DNA of 63,971 bases, counting the filler, from Octopus bimaculoides (taxonomy: Eukaryota), in the NCBI RefSeq assembly GCF_001194135.2. It is 9 parts of 8 records of this genome, joined end to end, with 100 filler letters (N's around TTAATTAATTAA, not from the genome) between each part and the next. Parts side by side here need not be neighbours in the genome. Positions count along the whole stretch, not along the records: positions 10,252 to 18,651 come from NC_069000.1; positions 18,752 to 23,814 come from NC_068983.1; positions 23,915 to 35,179 come from NC_068998.1; 6 more parts are not named here. One strand, 5' to 3'. The translations under genes were made by a program, and so were the position numbers. Of this stretch, positions 13,396 to 26,244 are shown in pieces (within the stretch, counting starts at the first letter, position 1; each line of letters starts with the position of its first letter). Under the pieces are notes generated by a model. That model was given only the letters and a program-made list of their open reading frames with translations, was not told the DNA's origin and made no database searches.

Positions 13396-13883
13396 TAGCT
13401 TAATAAGGAAAAAAGATATCTTTCGTTGAAATTGAGTCGCATGCTACTTATTAGTAATTACAATATGAAGATTATCACCACAGATTCAAAGAATAGGGAG
13501 TTGAAGGTGATTGAAGCAATCCCAGAACACACATTCTATTCCTTTTTATTAGCAGATAATTGTTTCAGGTAAGATTTGAATTCAGGATGTACGAGAAAAG
13601 ATATTGTTGCTGTTGTAATGAATAAGACACAAACATTTTAGAATAATGTATAGATGTTACAGTTGTTTTAATTGTAATTTCAGGAATTAAATTGGGAGAG
13701 AGACTGTGATCCGGCAGTAAAATTTGTCTCTAGTTTTTTTCAGGTGTTCTTTCATGTCAAGTGTTTTTGTTTCCTTTTTGTATACATATCATATTTTGTA
13801 GTTTTTATTATTATTTTTGTTCTCTGTAGTTTGATGTTCGACCATTTCTGCTAACATTTATTTTACTCTTTTTCGTATTCCAG

Positions 13884-13983
13884 ACCAACTAAATGTGATC
13901 AGAAATGTGACTATGGCTCAACTATTGTGTCGTAACGTAGAGGGTTTAACTGAAGTAAAAGAAAATGCTTTTGTACATAATTC
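13884..13983 (+). CDS. Next coding exon of the same haem peroxidase
   Basis: A polypyrimidine tract plus TTCCAG acceptor ends at 13883 and a GTGAGT donor starts at 13984. Phase 1 joins the previous exon in frame: (G/AC=D)QLNVIRNVTMAQLLCRNVEGLTEVKENAFVHNS, matching the family pattern QLxEIRKxTLARxxCDN.....xQxNAF. Confidence 0.92.
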
Positions 13984-14024
13984 GTGAGTATTCATTTCAC
14001 CATTGTAAATAATAATAATGATAA

Positions 14025-17000
14025 TTTATTCTTTTATCAGCCACAAGGGCTTACATAAAATATCGTAAAAGGACATAACATGACAATAAAAAGGGTTTTT
14101 AAATCGTGTCAACAGAGAAATAATGAAGATAAACAATTGAAACTCCGAAAAAGGGGAGGTGATTTAAAGATTGCTCGTGGAAAAAACACAAACCCATTCT
14201 TTTTTATTTTTCACAGGTGCATGCTCAAGATAGGTCCTTTCACACTAACCATTTTTCCAACATTCACCCACCTTTCCGCAAACTTACTGGAAGGCAACAC
14301 TTCCCTCTCCATCCTCACTTACCTTTTCAAGGGAATCTTGAAAAAGTTGATGACGGCTTGGCCAAAGAGGAAACTGTCTGTCTTCAGTCCTTTCAAGCGT
14401 GTCCATCGCACAACCTTTTTCGCTACAGCCACCAGACAAATGTAAATTGCCTGTCTCTCCCGGCTGAAGTAGGGCTGTGAGGCAAACCTCAATATGGATT
14501 CAGTTGTTAGCCGGAGCTGTCGTACACGTGACAGTAGATGTTCGACATAAACCTACAGGTCAGCAATGCTCGGGCACTGGACGAGTGCGTGGAGAACAAT
14601 TTCTTCGCTCTGCGCGCAGCTAGGGTAGGTTCGGCTGACAGCACTTCCGTGCCTGTAAAGTTCATCTCGTACAGGCAGCGCCTTCCAGCTTCACTGCCAG
14701 GCCAGGGATTTCTGAAGATTATCCATAGGCTCCGACCCTAAATTCCTCCGGAACAGGCTAGTAAACTGATCACGGTCGACACCCAGAGTCTCCACGAGAA
14801 CGTCGTCGTACTTACCCTCCACTAACCCTCTATATAATGCTAGAGTAGAACTACCACTGACTGCATTGACCAACTGGCAGAGGGCTGTGTACGCCCTCAC
14901 AGCACTCGAGGTGCCAAGCATCTCACCTCAGTCTGCGCTTAATCAAGGATTGCAGATCAGTCAAACAGACGAGCTGTGGAAGAAGCAGTCTAAGGAACGG
15001 CGACTACACTTGCTCTCCGTCAAGCAAACGCTGGAGGTGCCACGGCCTGAGCGCATGCATCATGTGCATCAGTAACCATAGCATGCCCAAGCCTCCATTC
15101 AGCGGCTGTTGACAGCAGATGGAACAGTTAACCAGCGGAAAGTAGAAGTGTAAGCGCACCAGCTTCGTCAACCAACAAACGGGGCAAGGGACGACGGTCA
15201 AGCGTTAGTAGATGACGGATGCGATGTACACATTCGCCACCTCAGATCGGCATTTCAGGGACAGTTTCCTCTCGGTCCATATCTGGGTGAGATTGGCCAC
15301 CATGCTCATCATCTCGAGCCAGGTTTTCCTCACCTAGAAGTCCAGACCGAACCAGCCACCGAACAATTTAACCCGTCCGTGTATCCAGAGCCCGACGACG
15401 CTGTTGGAGGGCATGGATATGCATTTACAGGTGCCGAGCTGCAAACCAACTGATTTTTTTTGCCTTAATTTTTGCTCCTGTCACCACTTCATATTCTTTT
15501 AGTGTGGTGCCTGTCAGGTCTATATGCGTGTGGCTCGACACTATGACGGTGACATCGTCGACATAAGCAGACACAGCTCTCTCATATCCTAGATCACGCG
15601 TGACGCTCCTCAATGACTCCAGCTTCAGCAGCAGTGACTCAAGAGTCAGTACACACTAAAGAGACGAAAGTGGGCACCCATGATGGACCGAGCACAAGAT
15701 GCTGAAAGGTTCTAACAGTAACCATTCACCCGAACTACCGAGCAGATGCCGCTGTACACAGCAGTTATCTAACCGCGGAAAACTGAACCGAAACCGGCCG
15801 TAGTGAAAGCAGTCACCAAATATTGGTGGCCGACCTATCGAAAGTTTTAAATTGGTCTAAGCTGATCAGTGCCCCACCCATGCCGTCTTCGTTATCCAGC
15901 CTCTCTATGATGTAGCGCACGAGGTGGAGGTTACTGTGGATGATCCTGCTTGGTATTGCGCATATTTGCGCATTGCCAATCAGCTTCTTCGGAACAAGTG
16001 CTTTGCTAACACATTGACTAAAATCTTCAACTCTGCATTGAGCAGAATGATGGGCCTGACATTCTCGATAACGTCCCCATTGTTTGGGTCCTTTTCCAGA
16101 AGTGCCACTAACCCTCATATCGTAGATCACGTGTGACGCTCCGCAACGTCTCCACCTTGCGCAGCAGTGCCTCAAGTGTCAGTACGTACAAAACAGACGA
16201 GAGTGGGTATCCTTGGCGGACCGAGCGCAAGATGCTAAAAAATTCTGACAGGTGGCCTTTCACCCGAACGATCGAGCAGATGTCACTGTACAAAGCAGCG
16301 ATCCAACCATAGGAAACTGGACCGAAACCGGCCGCCGTGAGAACAGCCGCTAAATATTGGTGGCCGACCCTACCGAAAGCTTGGCTAACACGTTGGCCAA
16401 ATTCTTCAACTCTGTATTGAGCAAATTGATGGGCCTTAAATTCTCTATAACGTCCTCCTTGTTTGTGTCCTTTCCCAACATTGCTACTTCCCCTTGACAG
16501 ACAAAAGTAGGAATCTTCCCATTCTGTTGCCAGTTGCGGTAGATATCTCCTATGAAGCCTCCACATAAATCTGGTATAGAACAATAAAAAGCGTAAGGCA
16601 AGCCATCCAAACGCGGTGACCTGCCTCTCGTGCAACACTTCATAACAGCCCATACTTCCGCGGCTGTTATCGGCCTTTCGCAACACTCCGCCTCGCTCAC
16701 CGAGAGTCGCGGCAGGCCGTCTAGGCAGACAACGAAGTCTGCCCTGCTATCTGTCCTACCGCTTGTCCCAAACAGTCGAGTACAGTGTCGCTGGAAAACC
16801 GCATACATCTGCTTCGGTTCAAGCATCAAGTGACCATTTTGGTTCACCAAAGACTGAATGGTGGCTTAGTTGCCAAGTTTGCATCCGCCACTCGGACCCA
16901 TCAAGCGGCTTTCTTTCCCTCCACGTACTCTAAGAGTACGTACCTTAGCTCTGGCAACACAACCTTCGTGTTTTGCGTCGAAGTATTAGTCGAGGGCCAA

Positions 17001-17710
17001 TCTTGCCGCCAGCATGTCGGTTGCAATACCTTTTCTGAGTGCCTTGTCTAGCTTTCTAACAAAGTCTGCCTCTATTCTATTTATTTCTGTTGCTAAGGCC
17101 TTACTAAACCTAATAGATTATACTTTAATTGACCTTTTGAGAGCAAATCACCAGTTGTTGTTGACAATTTCCCCCCCGTCAACGCCCGCTTAACTAATAT
17201 GCTAATCCGGTCTCTATAAACTTGGCATGCCGGGAGTGACGCATGTAGCTTCCTGTAACCGGGGGCCTAGTCCATGAACCCTACTTAAGTTGACCATATA
17301 GATCACAAATTTGTGATCTGTGTAGCCATGTGGAAGTGTGGACAACCTGTACTAATTCGCTGGCCTACAGAAAACAATCTAGATACGATTTAGATGACCA
17401 AATGCGGTTTGTCCAAGTCCACATTGGCACACAGGTTATCTAGTCGGTCACTGTCAGACAGTTAATAACGTCTGAGCAGGTTTGTGAGGCTTTTGCTCCC
17501 ACCTCTCCTATCAGATAGCCCCACACAATCCAAACGTCCATCTAAGACAGGGTTCCAATCCCCTACTAACACTAATGTTCGAGACGTACCTAGGAAAGAT
17601 TCCAAATGCCTGAAATAATCCGGTGGCCCTGCTCATGTCAGAGCATAACCAGCCACCAGTCTGCAGGGGTCCCCCGTCACTGCTGCTCACATACAGGACC
17701 ACCAATACTC
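14025..17710 (-). mobile_element. Decayed, 5'-truncated Tx1/L1-clade non-LTR retrotransposon (APE endonuclease + RT ORF2), with many frameshifts
   Basis: Minus-strand remnants: endonuclease LVLVGDWNPVLD (~17530-17570), SYLD and TDH motifs (~17310-17390); RT RSPRLDGLPYAFY and LRPINLLNTELKNLANVL (16380-16630); SAYVDDVT catalytic motif (~15550-15570). The 3' UTR ends at an (AAT)n tract at ~14008-14024. Confidence 0.92.
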
Positions 17711-18145
17711 AAAACAATACGTCCAGGAATTTTGAAGAATTTGAAACAGAAACGGAAAAAATGGCTCGTATAGCACCCCACCCCCAATGGGCTTTGGATC
17801 ACAAAAGTCAGCTCCACAGAAGAGCAGCTGGCTTGCAAAGTAATTTAAATAACAAAAAAATGAGGTATAAAACCTTTTAAACAAGTGAAATTCTTACAAA
17901 CGTACGGAGCTCCAATACACAAGTTCACCTACGGCGACAACAATAATAATAATAATAATCAGTTTAATCTCTTTCTTTCACTCACCCACTCACATTTATA
18001 TTCTGTGTCTAAATTTATGTATGAGTTTTTTTTAATTAGACGACTATGTATTATTCAACCACTACAGTACAATAGATTCAACAGAATGTAGGATATCTAC
18101 ATATGTAAGAATGCATTGATTGATTGATTGAGAGTGGAATATGTG

Positions 18146-18197
<52 letters not shown>

Positions 18198-18796
18198 TGT
18201 TCTCGTGTATATTTCATGTATTAATTCTCACTTGTACAAAAGAAAGATTCGATTTTGTTGCAGTACAACTCTTCTTCGAGTAGTTGTAGGAAAATTGTGA
18301 TTGAAAAGCAAACTTCGATTCGTAGTTCCGGTGTTCCACATGAATGGTGCTTACATCTAGTTGAAAATGACAAAGGGCATTTCAACATTAAAATGTTTGT
18401 GACTTGGGTGACACTATTGTAGTTTGATCATGTAATGCTGGTCCCTTCTTCTTGTGGGATAGCACGTTAACCTAAAGTTATTCCAACCATGATCACCTCG
18501 CCTTAATTTCAACAATACAATGCACTGTAGTATGCCGTCCAATGTATCATCTTTTAAAAGACACCAGAGTGTAATTTAAAGAAGACTTCTTCGAATGTTC
18601 TAGCAAATCGAATAATCACATATAGATTCCTTCATTGGTTCTATGTTCTGGNNNNNNNNNNNNNNNNNNNNNNNNNNNNNNNNNNNNNNNNNNNNTTAAT
18701 TAATTAANNNNNNNNNNNNNNNNNNNNNNNNNNNNNNNNNNNNNNNNNNNNATTTCGAACCTGGGTTCTCATTGCCCAGATTCAAAATTTCTCCAA

Positions 18797-18842
18797 GACA
18801 CCAGAAGAAGGCTGGAAGGTATATCAGCCGAAACGTTGTGTT
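18797..18842 (+). ncRNA. Minimal type I hammerhead-ribozyme-like motif (core reads CAGAAGA)
   Basis: GACAC CAGAAGA A GGCTG gaaggtatat CAGCC GAAA C GTT GTGTT: stem I GACAC/GUGUU, 5-bp stem II, palindromic ACGU. Preceded by a 14-bp inverted repeat (18752-18765/18775-18788) and followed by TGTAAATAA repeats. Confidence 0.65.
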
Positions 18843-18934
18843 AACAAAAAACAAGATGAGGACAAATATCCGTCCAATGTAAATAATGTAAATAATGTAA
18901 TAATTCCTAATCTCTTAAATATAGAACTGTGTTA

Positions 18935-18971
18935 ATGATGATGATGATGATGGTGACAATAATAATAATAA

Positions 18972-19002
<31 letters not shown>

Positions 19003-19013
19003 AAGAAAAAGAA

Positions 19014-19044
<31 letters not shown>

Positions 19045-19074
19045 ACAGGAGGAGGTAGAGAAGAAGAAGAAGAA

Positions 19075-19107
<33 letters not shown>

Positions 19108-19198
19108 AAACAGGAGGAGGTAGAGAAGAAGAAGAAGAAGAAGAAGAAGAAGAAGAAGAAGAAGAAGAAGAAGAAGAAGAAGAAGAAGAAGAAGAAGA
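18935..19198. repeat. Compound (GAT)n/(AAT)n/(GAA)n/(GAAA)n tract with a duplicated 65-bp unit
   Basis: CAGGAGGAGGTAGAG occurs at 19046-19060 and 19111-19125. Confidence 0.9.
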
Positions 19199-20189
19199 AT
19201 GTTCTTGTGTTAATTTCATTCTTTTGCTCTCTCTTTTTGTGTTCTTTTTGTACTCCAACGAGCTACTTAAATGAGAATTTACATTATAGTCAGAAGAAAA
19301 AATCTAATTACAGTCCATCAACTTGACCGATTAGCTTCGGCCTCTCGCTTTGTCTAAAAAAATATTGGCGTAGATTTGTTTGCATTTGTTCATGTGTGTA
19401 GTAACTGACAATTCATTGACATCACATACGCATCTTTGGCAAAACCAAGAAAGAAAAGAAATAATACATATAACAACAACTGCAACAACAAAACAACAAC
19501 AGAAACCACAACAACTACAACAAGAATGATAATGATAAAGGCATTACTTTTATTGTACTGGAAATTCTCCATTGACTGTATTATCGGAGCCAGGTTGGTA
19601 GAGATACATCGCCAAGTTTTGCAAATATGTAGAAATTATGTAAATTGATTTCTTGTTGATATACGGATTTATGGGCAATGGAATAATGCGTTCTGATTAC
19701 ATTGGTTTTGCAGTAAACACTGATAGGATTTCTCTGCAGATAATTGAATAAGTACAATTGAAAAGGTGCCAGTATAAAAAGGTCTGAAAGGTATATATTG
19801 CAAAGAGATAAAGTCAAATTATGGATATATGTGTCAATTAAATATTTGTATTTGAAAATTTCTGTGACCCCCCACTTGTTTTTTCATGTAAACTTTGGAC
19901 AGTTATTAAATGATTGAACGTAACTTTTCTGTGATTATGGAGGAGAAACGGGCAAATGGGAAATGTATTTGTGTTACTATATAAATTTTGATTATCTCCG
20001 TTGTTTATATTACAAGCGGTAGTACAAAAAGTCAACACCAAAATGCCTAGTTAAATATATGACTGATTTTCCAATAGTCCAGTGATTATTTATGTTTACT
20101 CTCATAATATACCGGCCTTGCAACAAAATCTCTTATATGTGTGTATGTTTGTGCATGTACATATCTATCTATCTATCTATCTATCTATC

Positions 20190-20226
<37 letters not shown>

Positions 20227-20228
<2 letters not shown>

Positions 20229-20625
20229 TTTACTCTTTTACTTGTTTCAGACATTTGACTGCGGCCATGCTGGAGCACCGCCTTTAGTCGAGCAAATCGA
20301 CCCCGGGACTTATTCTTTGTAAGCCTAGTACTTATTCTATCAGTCTCTTTTGCAGAACCGCTAAGTGACGGGGACATAAACACACCAGCACCGGTTGTCA
20401 AGCAATGCTAGGGGGACAAAAACTGACACACAAACACATACACACACACATATATATTATACATATATACGACGGGCTTCTTTCAGTTTCCGTCTACCAA
20501 ATCCACTCACAAGGCTTTGGTCGGCCCGAGGCTATAGTAGAAGACACTTGCCCACGATGCCACGCAGTGGGACTGAACCCGGAACTATGTGGTTGGTAAG
20601 CAAGCTACTTACCACACAGCCACTC
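20227..20625 (-). mobile_element. SINE family A (tRNA-like head, internal TA/CA microsatellite), near full length
   Basis: Head GAGTGGCTGTGTGGTAAG...GGTTCAGTCCC (A/B-box-like); tail ...GACTGAAACAAGTAAAAGAGTAAAAG. Many close copies occur in the window. Confidence 0.85.
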
Positions 20626-21402
20626 NNNNNNNNNNNNNNNNNNNNNNNNNNNNNNNNNNNNNNNNNNNNNNNNNNNNNNNNNNNNNNNNNNNNNNNNNNN
20701 NNNNNNNNNNNNNNNNNNNNNNNNNNNNNNNNNNNNNNNNNNNNNNNNNNNNNNNNNNNNNNNNNNNNNNNNNNNNNNNNNNNNNNNNNNNNNNNNNNNN
20801 NNNNNNNNNNNNNNNNNNNNNNNNNNNNNNNNNNNNNNNNNNNNNNNNNNNNNNNNNNNNNNNNNNNNNNNNNNNNNNNNNNNNNNNNNNNNNNNNNNNN
20901 NNNNNNNNNNNNNNNNNNNNNNNNNNNNNNNNNNNNNNNNNNNNNNNNNNNNNNNNNNNNNNNNNNNNNNNNNNNNNNNNATATATATATATATATACAT
21001 ATATATATAAATACACGCACAAACATATATATCGCGTGATCACGGGATTGACCAGACTATCGGATGTTATTAAACGTCGCGGGTCACAATGAGCACTTTT
21101 CATCGTTTTAGCTTTATTTGGAATGATGCCACTCTGTTCGTTGGCTTTGTGACCAGGTCAAAATTCCCGCTGTCAGAAGGTGTGCCTGTCGCAGGGTTAC
21201 TCGTTTAAAGATGAATTGATTGGAAGAACATGAAATGAAACACTAAACACAATGCGGTCTGGGAATCAAAACGACGATCTCACGATGAGTGCAGCTGGCA
21301 CGACCACTACGTCATAGCATTTTCACACACACAAACACAGGCACACACACATGCCTACATATTCATACACATATATGTGTATGCGTGTATATGTATAGTT
21401 GT

Positions 21403-21577
21403 AGGCGTGGATGTGTGGCAAGAATCTTCCTTCCCAACAATATGGTCCCGTGTTCTGTTCCACTGCGTGGCATCTTGGGCAGGTAAGTTCTACTACAGCC
21501 TCAGGCCGACCAAAGATTTGCGAGTTGATTTGATAGACGGATACTGAAAGAAGTCTGTCATATATATATGTGTGTAT

Positions 21578-21630
<53 letters not shown>

Positions 21631-21853
21631 CGTGTGCGTGTGTGTGCGTGTGTATTTGTGTTTGTTCCCCACCGTCGCTTGACAACCGATGGTGGTCTGT
21701 TTATGTCCTTGTAACTCAGCATTTCGGCGAAAGAGACAAATAGGACAAGTACTTTAAAAACAATAACTGCTGGCATAGATTCATTGAACTAAAATTATTC
21801 AAGGTTGGCCTCCAGCATGGCCACACTCTAATGACTGAAAAAAGTAAAAAGAT
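21403..21853 (+). mobile_element. SINE family A, diverged full copy with an expanded (TG)n
   Basis: Head and tail both align to family A. Confidence 0.75.
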
Positions 21854-21867
21854 AGAAGTTATGATTA

Positions 21868-22032
21868 CCAGGGCGTGTTAAAAAGTTCCTGGTTTTGGGT
21901 AACAGAAAATGCAGGAAGATCAGTTAATTATAGTTTTATTCAACATATCCCCCTCTCCCATTCACACACTTATTGCAGCAATGTTTTATTTTTTCATGAC
22001 ACCCTTAAAGCCAGGAACTTTTCAGCATCCTG
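21868..22032. mobile_element. Mariner/Tc1-type MITE (~165 bp)
   Basis: Left ...GTTAAAAAGTTCCTGGTTTT versus reverse complement of the right end ...GCTGAAAAGTTCCTGGCTTT. TA flanks at 21866-21867 and 22033-22034. Related internal sequence at 58370-58520. Confidence 0.7.
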
Positions 22033-23505
22033 TATACCAGCACATGTAGGCTTTATGTGCAAATGACTGTGCACGTGTTTGGGTGTGCGATAAAATTCTG
22101 TCACAACACATGAAGTTTAAAACCCTGATGAAAGTGCATCAGTGTATTTTAACAAAATAAACAATACACCATTAACTGAAACGTCTTTATGTACAAACAT
22201 ACACTACATAACATCGTAACAATATGTAATTGAAGGAAATTCGTTGAAGTCTGGTGTCGAAAGTTAATTTTTATTGTATTAAGTAAGATTATTGAAGGAA
22301 GAAACGGACTGGATTGTGCATTTGCAACGTAGTTTAATTCTAAAGATATCCTCATACTTTTTAACATATTCATTTATGTAAAGCAAACATATTTTAATAA
22401 TCATTAACACCGTATTTTTCCACTGCGAAATGTTGCATTTATGATTTTAAAACAAAGTTAGTTTTCTACAAGTTTAATAATTAAGACATTCTTTTATCGG
22501 TTTCCGTGATCGGACTGCAACAATAATAGATAATGCATTCGTGGTCTTTAAGTATTGTACGGAAGTAATGTTATGTTCGCTTAAAGTATACATGTTATTC
22601 AAACACAAACGCACAAATGAACGCACACTCAGATATATTTCCAAAATCTCTCTATACATTGTTATTCACAAGATTTCGCCGGTTCGAAGCTATGATAAAA
22701 TATTCATGTTCCAGAAGCTTGGTAGAGTGATGCAAGTGGAAACCGCCCGCTATCCAGGCGAAGCAATTCACTAGTTTTTTTAATGCACAGTGTCATTCCT
22801 TTCTAACAAAAACTAATGTATGCAAATTTCATTTTATATTGCTTTTCGCAAAATATATTTTAGACGCCGTATTCGTAGAAATGTTAATGTTGTGTCACAA
22901 AGAAAGAAAACCACACATACTGGGTGTATTAGGTGCAAATGTAGTAAACATTTTAAATGAATGCATTATTTAAAATTAATATTTACTCATATTATCTTCA
23001 CTATACAATTCAAATGTTATATTCACCTGCTATTACATATGCAATATTTACTATAGACAGAGAAACCTAATAAATTATATGAATTTCAAATTCACCGTAT
23101 CTAAAGTGAAAACGAATATAAATACGTATATGGATATATCCATACATACGCATATGAAAGTTTATGTATGTATATATCTATCTTTAAGTATGTATTTGTG
23201 TGCATATGCATACATACATACATACATACACACATACATGCACATACACAAAGACAGGCATATAAACAAAGACTCGCGCGTGCGCACACGCAGATGTGAC
23301 CAATTTGTAGTAAAAGAATCCGTAAGAAATTTGTAATGCGGTTTGTTTTACTCTGAAATTGTTTATTAGATTGAAAATATAATTATGAAATAAAGAGTTT
23401 GAAATCATCCACACACTCACACACACACACACACACATACACACGCATATATGTATGCATCTATGCTAATGTATACATACATACATGTATGTGTGTGTGT
23501 GTAGC

Positions 23506-23541
<36 letters not shown>

Positions 23542-23923
23542 AGTAAAAATAAATACAAAAAAAGGGGTTTTGTATGATTGTGTATAGAGGAATATATTAT
23601 TTTGTTTAAAAGAGTTCCAACACTGTCTGTTTTTTATGTTTTATTTATATTCCTGCAAAACCAATGTGGGATATAGAATATGGAATATACAATATATAAT
23701 ATAATATACAATATATAATATAAAATAAAAATGGATGGTACAATGAAATAAAGTATTGAATGTCTTATTGAATATATAGAATATGTCTTATTGAATAGAT
23801 GAAATATTGAGTGTNNNNNNNNNNNNNNNNNNNNNNNNNNNNNNNNNNNNNNNNNNNNTTAATTAATTAANNNNNNNNNNNNNNNNNNNNNNNNNNNNNN
23901 NNNNNNNNNNNNNNTATACATAT

Positions 23924-23960
<37 letters not shown>

Positions 23961-24632
23961 CATCCAACATTCTGACTACCTTATTATTCTATACATACAT
24001 ATATATACATATACATACATATATATATACATACAAAGATAGATAGAGGTAGGGAAAAGCAGGAGAAAAATAGATATACATACATACATACATACATACA
24101 TACAGACATACGTTTCTAGCTAAATATGTGTGGGTGTATATATGTATGTATATCTTTTCGTATTTACAGCTAATTCAAATCAAATAATGGAAGAATATGT
24201 TTTCGGTCTGTTCCATCTTTTCCCAATCATAATAATTGGGACAGAATACTAAGGAAAGAAAAACAATACATTGAGAGAGTGAAAACTCTTTGTGGAAGAC
24301 AGCTATTTATTTATTTAGATATTTATTTATTTAATTATTTGTTTATTAATTTTAAGCAGCCTGACAACATTTCAAGCGGCAAAAAAAAATTGACTAACTC
24401 GAGTCAACCAATCAGAGAATTTCTAATGAAATAAAATGTCCAGTTGGAAAATTTTTACTTGAATATGTGAATATCTGTGGAGAAATTTGTGATATTTGTA
24501 ATGAATATATTTATACGTATATCTATAAACGTATATATTTATACATATATATATATATGTGTGTGCATATACCTGTATATGCGTGTATGTATTTGTGCGT
24601 TTGCGTGTATATATGTATATGTGTACATTTAT

Positions 24633-24696
<64 letters not shown>

Positions 24697-24818
24697 CTTA
24701 CATATATATGTATATATACATATATATACATATGCATAAATATATGTATATACCATACAAACGCANNNNNNNNNNNNNNNNNNNNNNNNNNNNNNNNNNN
24801 NNNNNNNNNNNNNNNNNN

Positions 24819-24856
<38 letters not shown>

Positions 24857-26195
24857 GTAGGCATGTATGTATATGTATTCATTTACATGTGTGTACTTGC
24901 AATATGTGTGTAGCGTATATTTAGCTTGTTTAGCGTTCAGTCTTAATATGAACATGTACATTTGAAATAAATGCGCACTTTTAAAATCTAAGCTACGGAT
25001 TTTGCAAAGGTGTTACAGGCATAAATAGAACGTCTTTCGGAGTAGGTTTTCTTTTCAATAGTCAGCGTTTTGATTGAGCCGTGGTCAAATTTTGCATTCA
25101 TTCTTTCTATTTTCGTTTAAAATAAAGTATCATTGAATTTTTGCTTATTACGAAGTTCTCAATTTTTCTAATCAGTGGTAATCATGTATAACACTATTTC
25201 ATTCCTGTTAAAAATCATCAGCATGGCATTTACGTTCAAACACATGACACTAGCTACTCTGAGTTATTTCCTTTAACTTATTTTTGTTTAAATTATACAA
25301 ATTGCTTAGACCGTAAATGTGCTATAATCCTTTTTGCATAAATCTGAGTCTTGGGACGGAGACAATGTCGGACAACTGCCGTGCTGATGATGACTATTGT
25401 GCCAGAAACACGCGTCCATGACTGCCCTTTTATCTCTAAGCGATAAGCATGTCCTTTTACTTAAATGTCAAACTTGGAGAATTCTTGAATCTTAAAATTA
25501 TCTCCCCTTACCAAATTAAGTTGGTTTTAATTACCATTTAGTAATTATGATAATTCTCTAGAGGCAGAGATAATTTTCATAAATGAAGTATCTATGTTGT
25601 ATGGTATTTGATATACTTGTATTTGTGTGTGTTATAAGTATATGCTTGTCTATGTTGCGAACAGTCGTAGACGTCGGTTAGAGCTGATGGATATATTTGA
25701 CACAGGATGAAAGGTATCGTTAAATATTATCATGATGTGATGTTTTGACAAATGAGTTAAAACAAACCATAAAATAGGAGACAGATTGATGTGCCCGGTG
25801 AGTAACAGAACTTGTGTGAAACAACAAATGTTTCCTGAACTTTACTGTGTTAAACTTAAATCATCTGTCCATCAACTGCTATGCTTTCACTCAAAAAAAT
25901 GCTAATGTAAAAACAAAATAATAATAACAATACTAAGAACAGCTTATCTCCAACACATTGAGGATAATAATCTCCATCAAAATGCGACATACATTCGTTT
26001 TTTTATTTTTTTACGACAATAAATGAAAATAAAAAAAATTTTTTTAAATATCAGGATTAATTGTCTTGTACCTCATCAATTCACAACGAATTTATTTTCA
26101 ACACAGAAACAAATAAATACATTTCTTATCAATTTGATATGAGAATTTTCTCCTGGAATATTTGCTTTGTTTTGTAAGTGCGTGTGAGAGTGTGT

Positions 26196-26244
<49 letters not shown>

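Noticed and set aside
24420-24500. Cys-rich peptide IKCPVGKFLLEYVNICGEICDIC resembling a TNFR-type repeat
   Set aside because: No credible splice donor, and it runs into a TA microsatellite. Likely chance.
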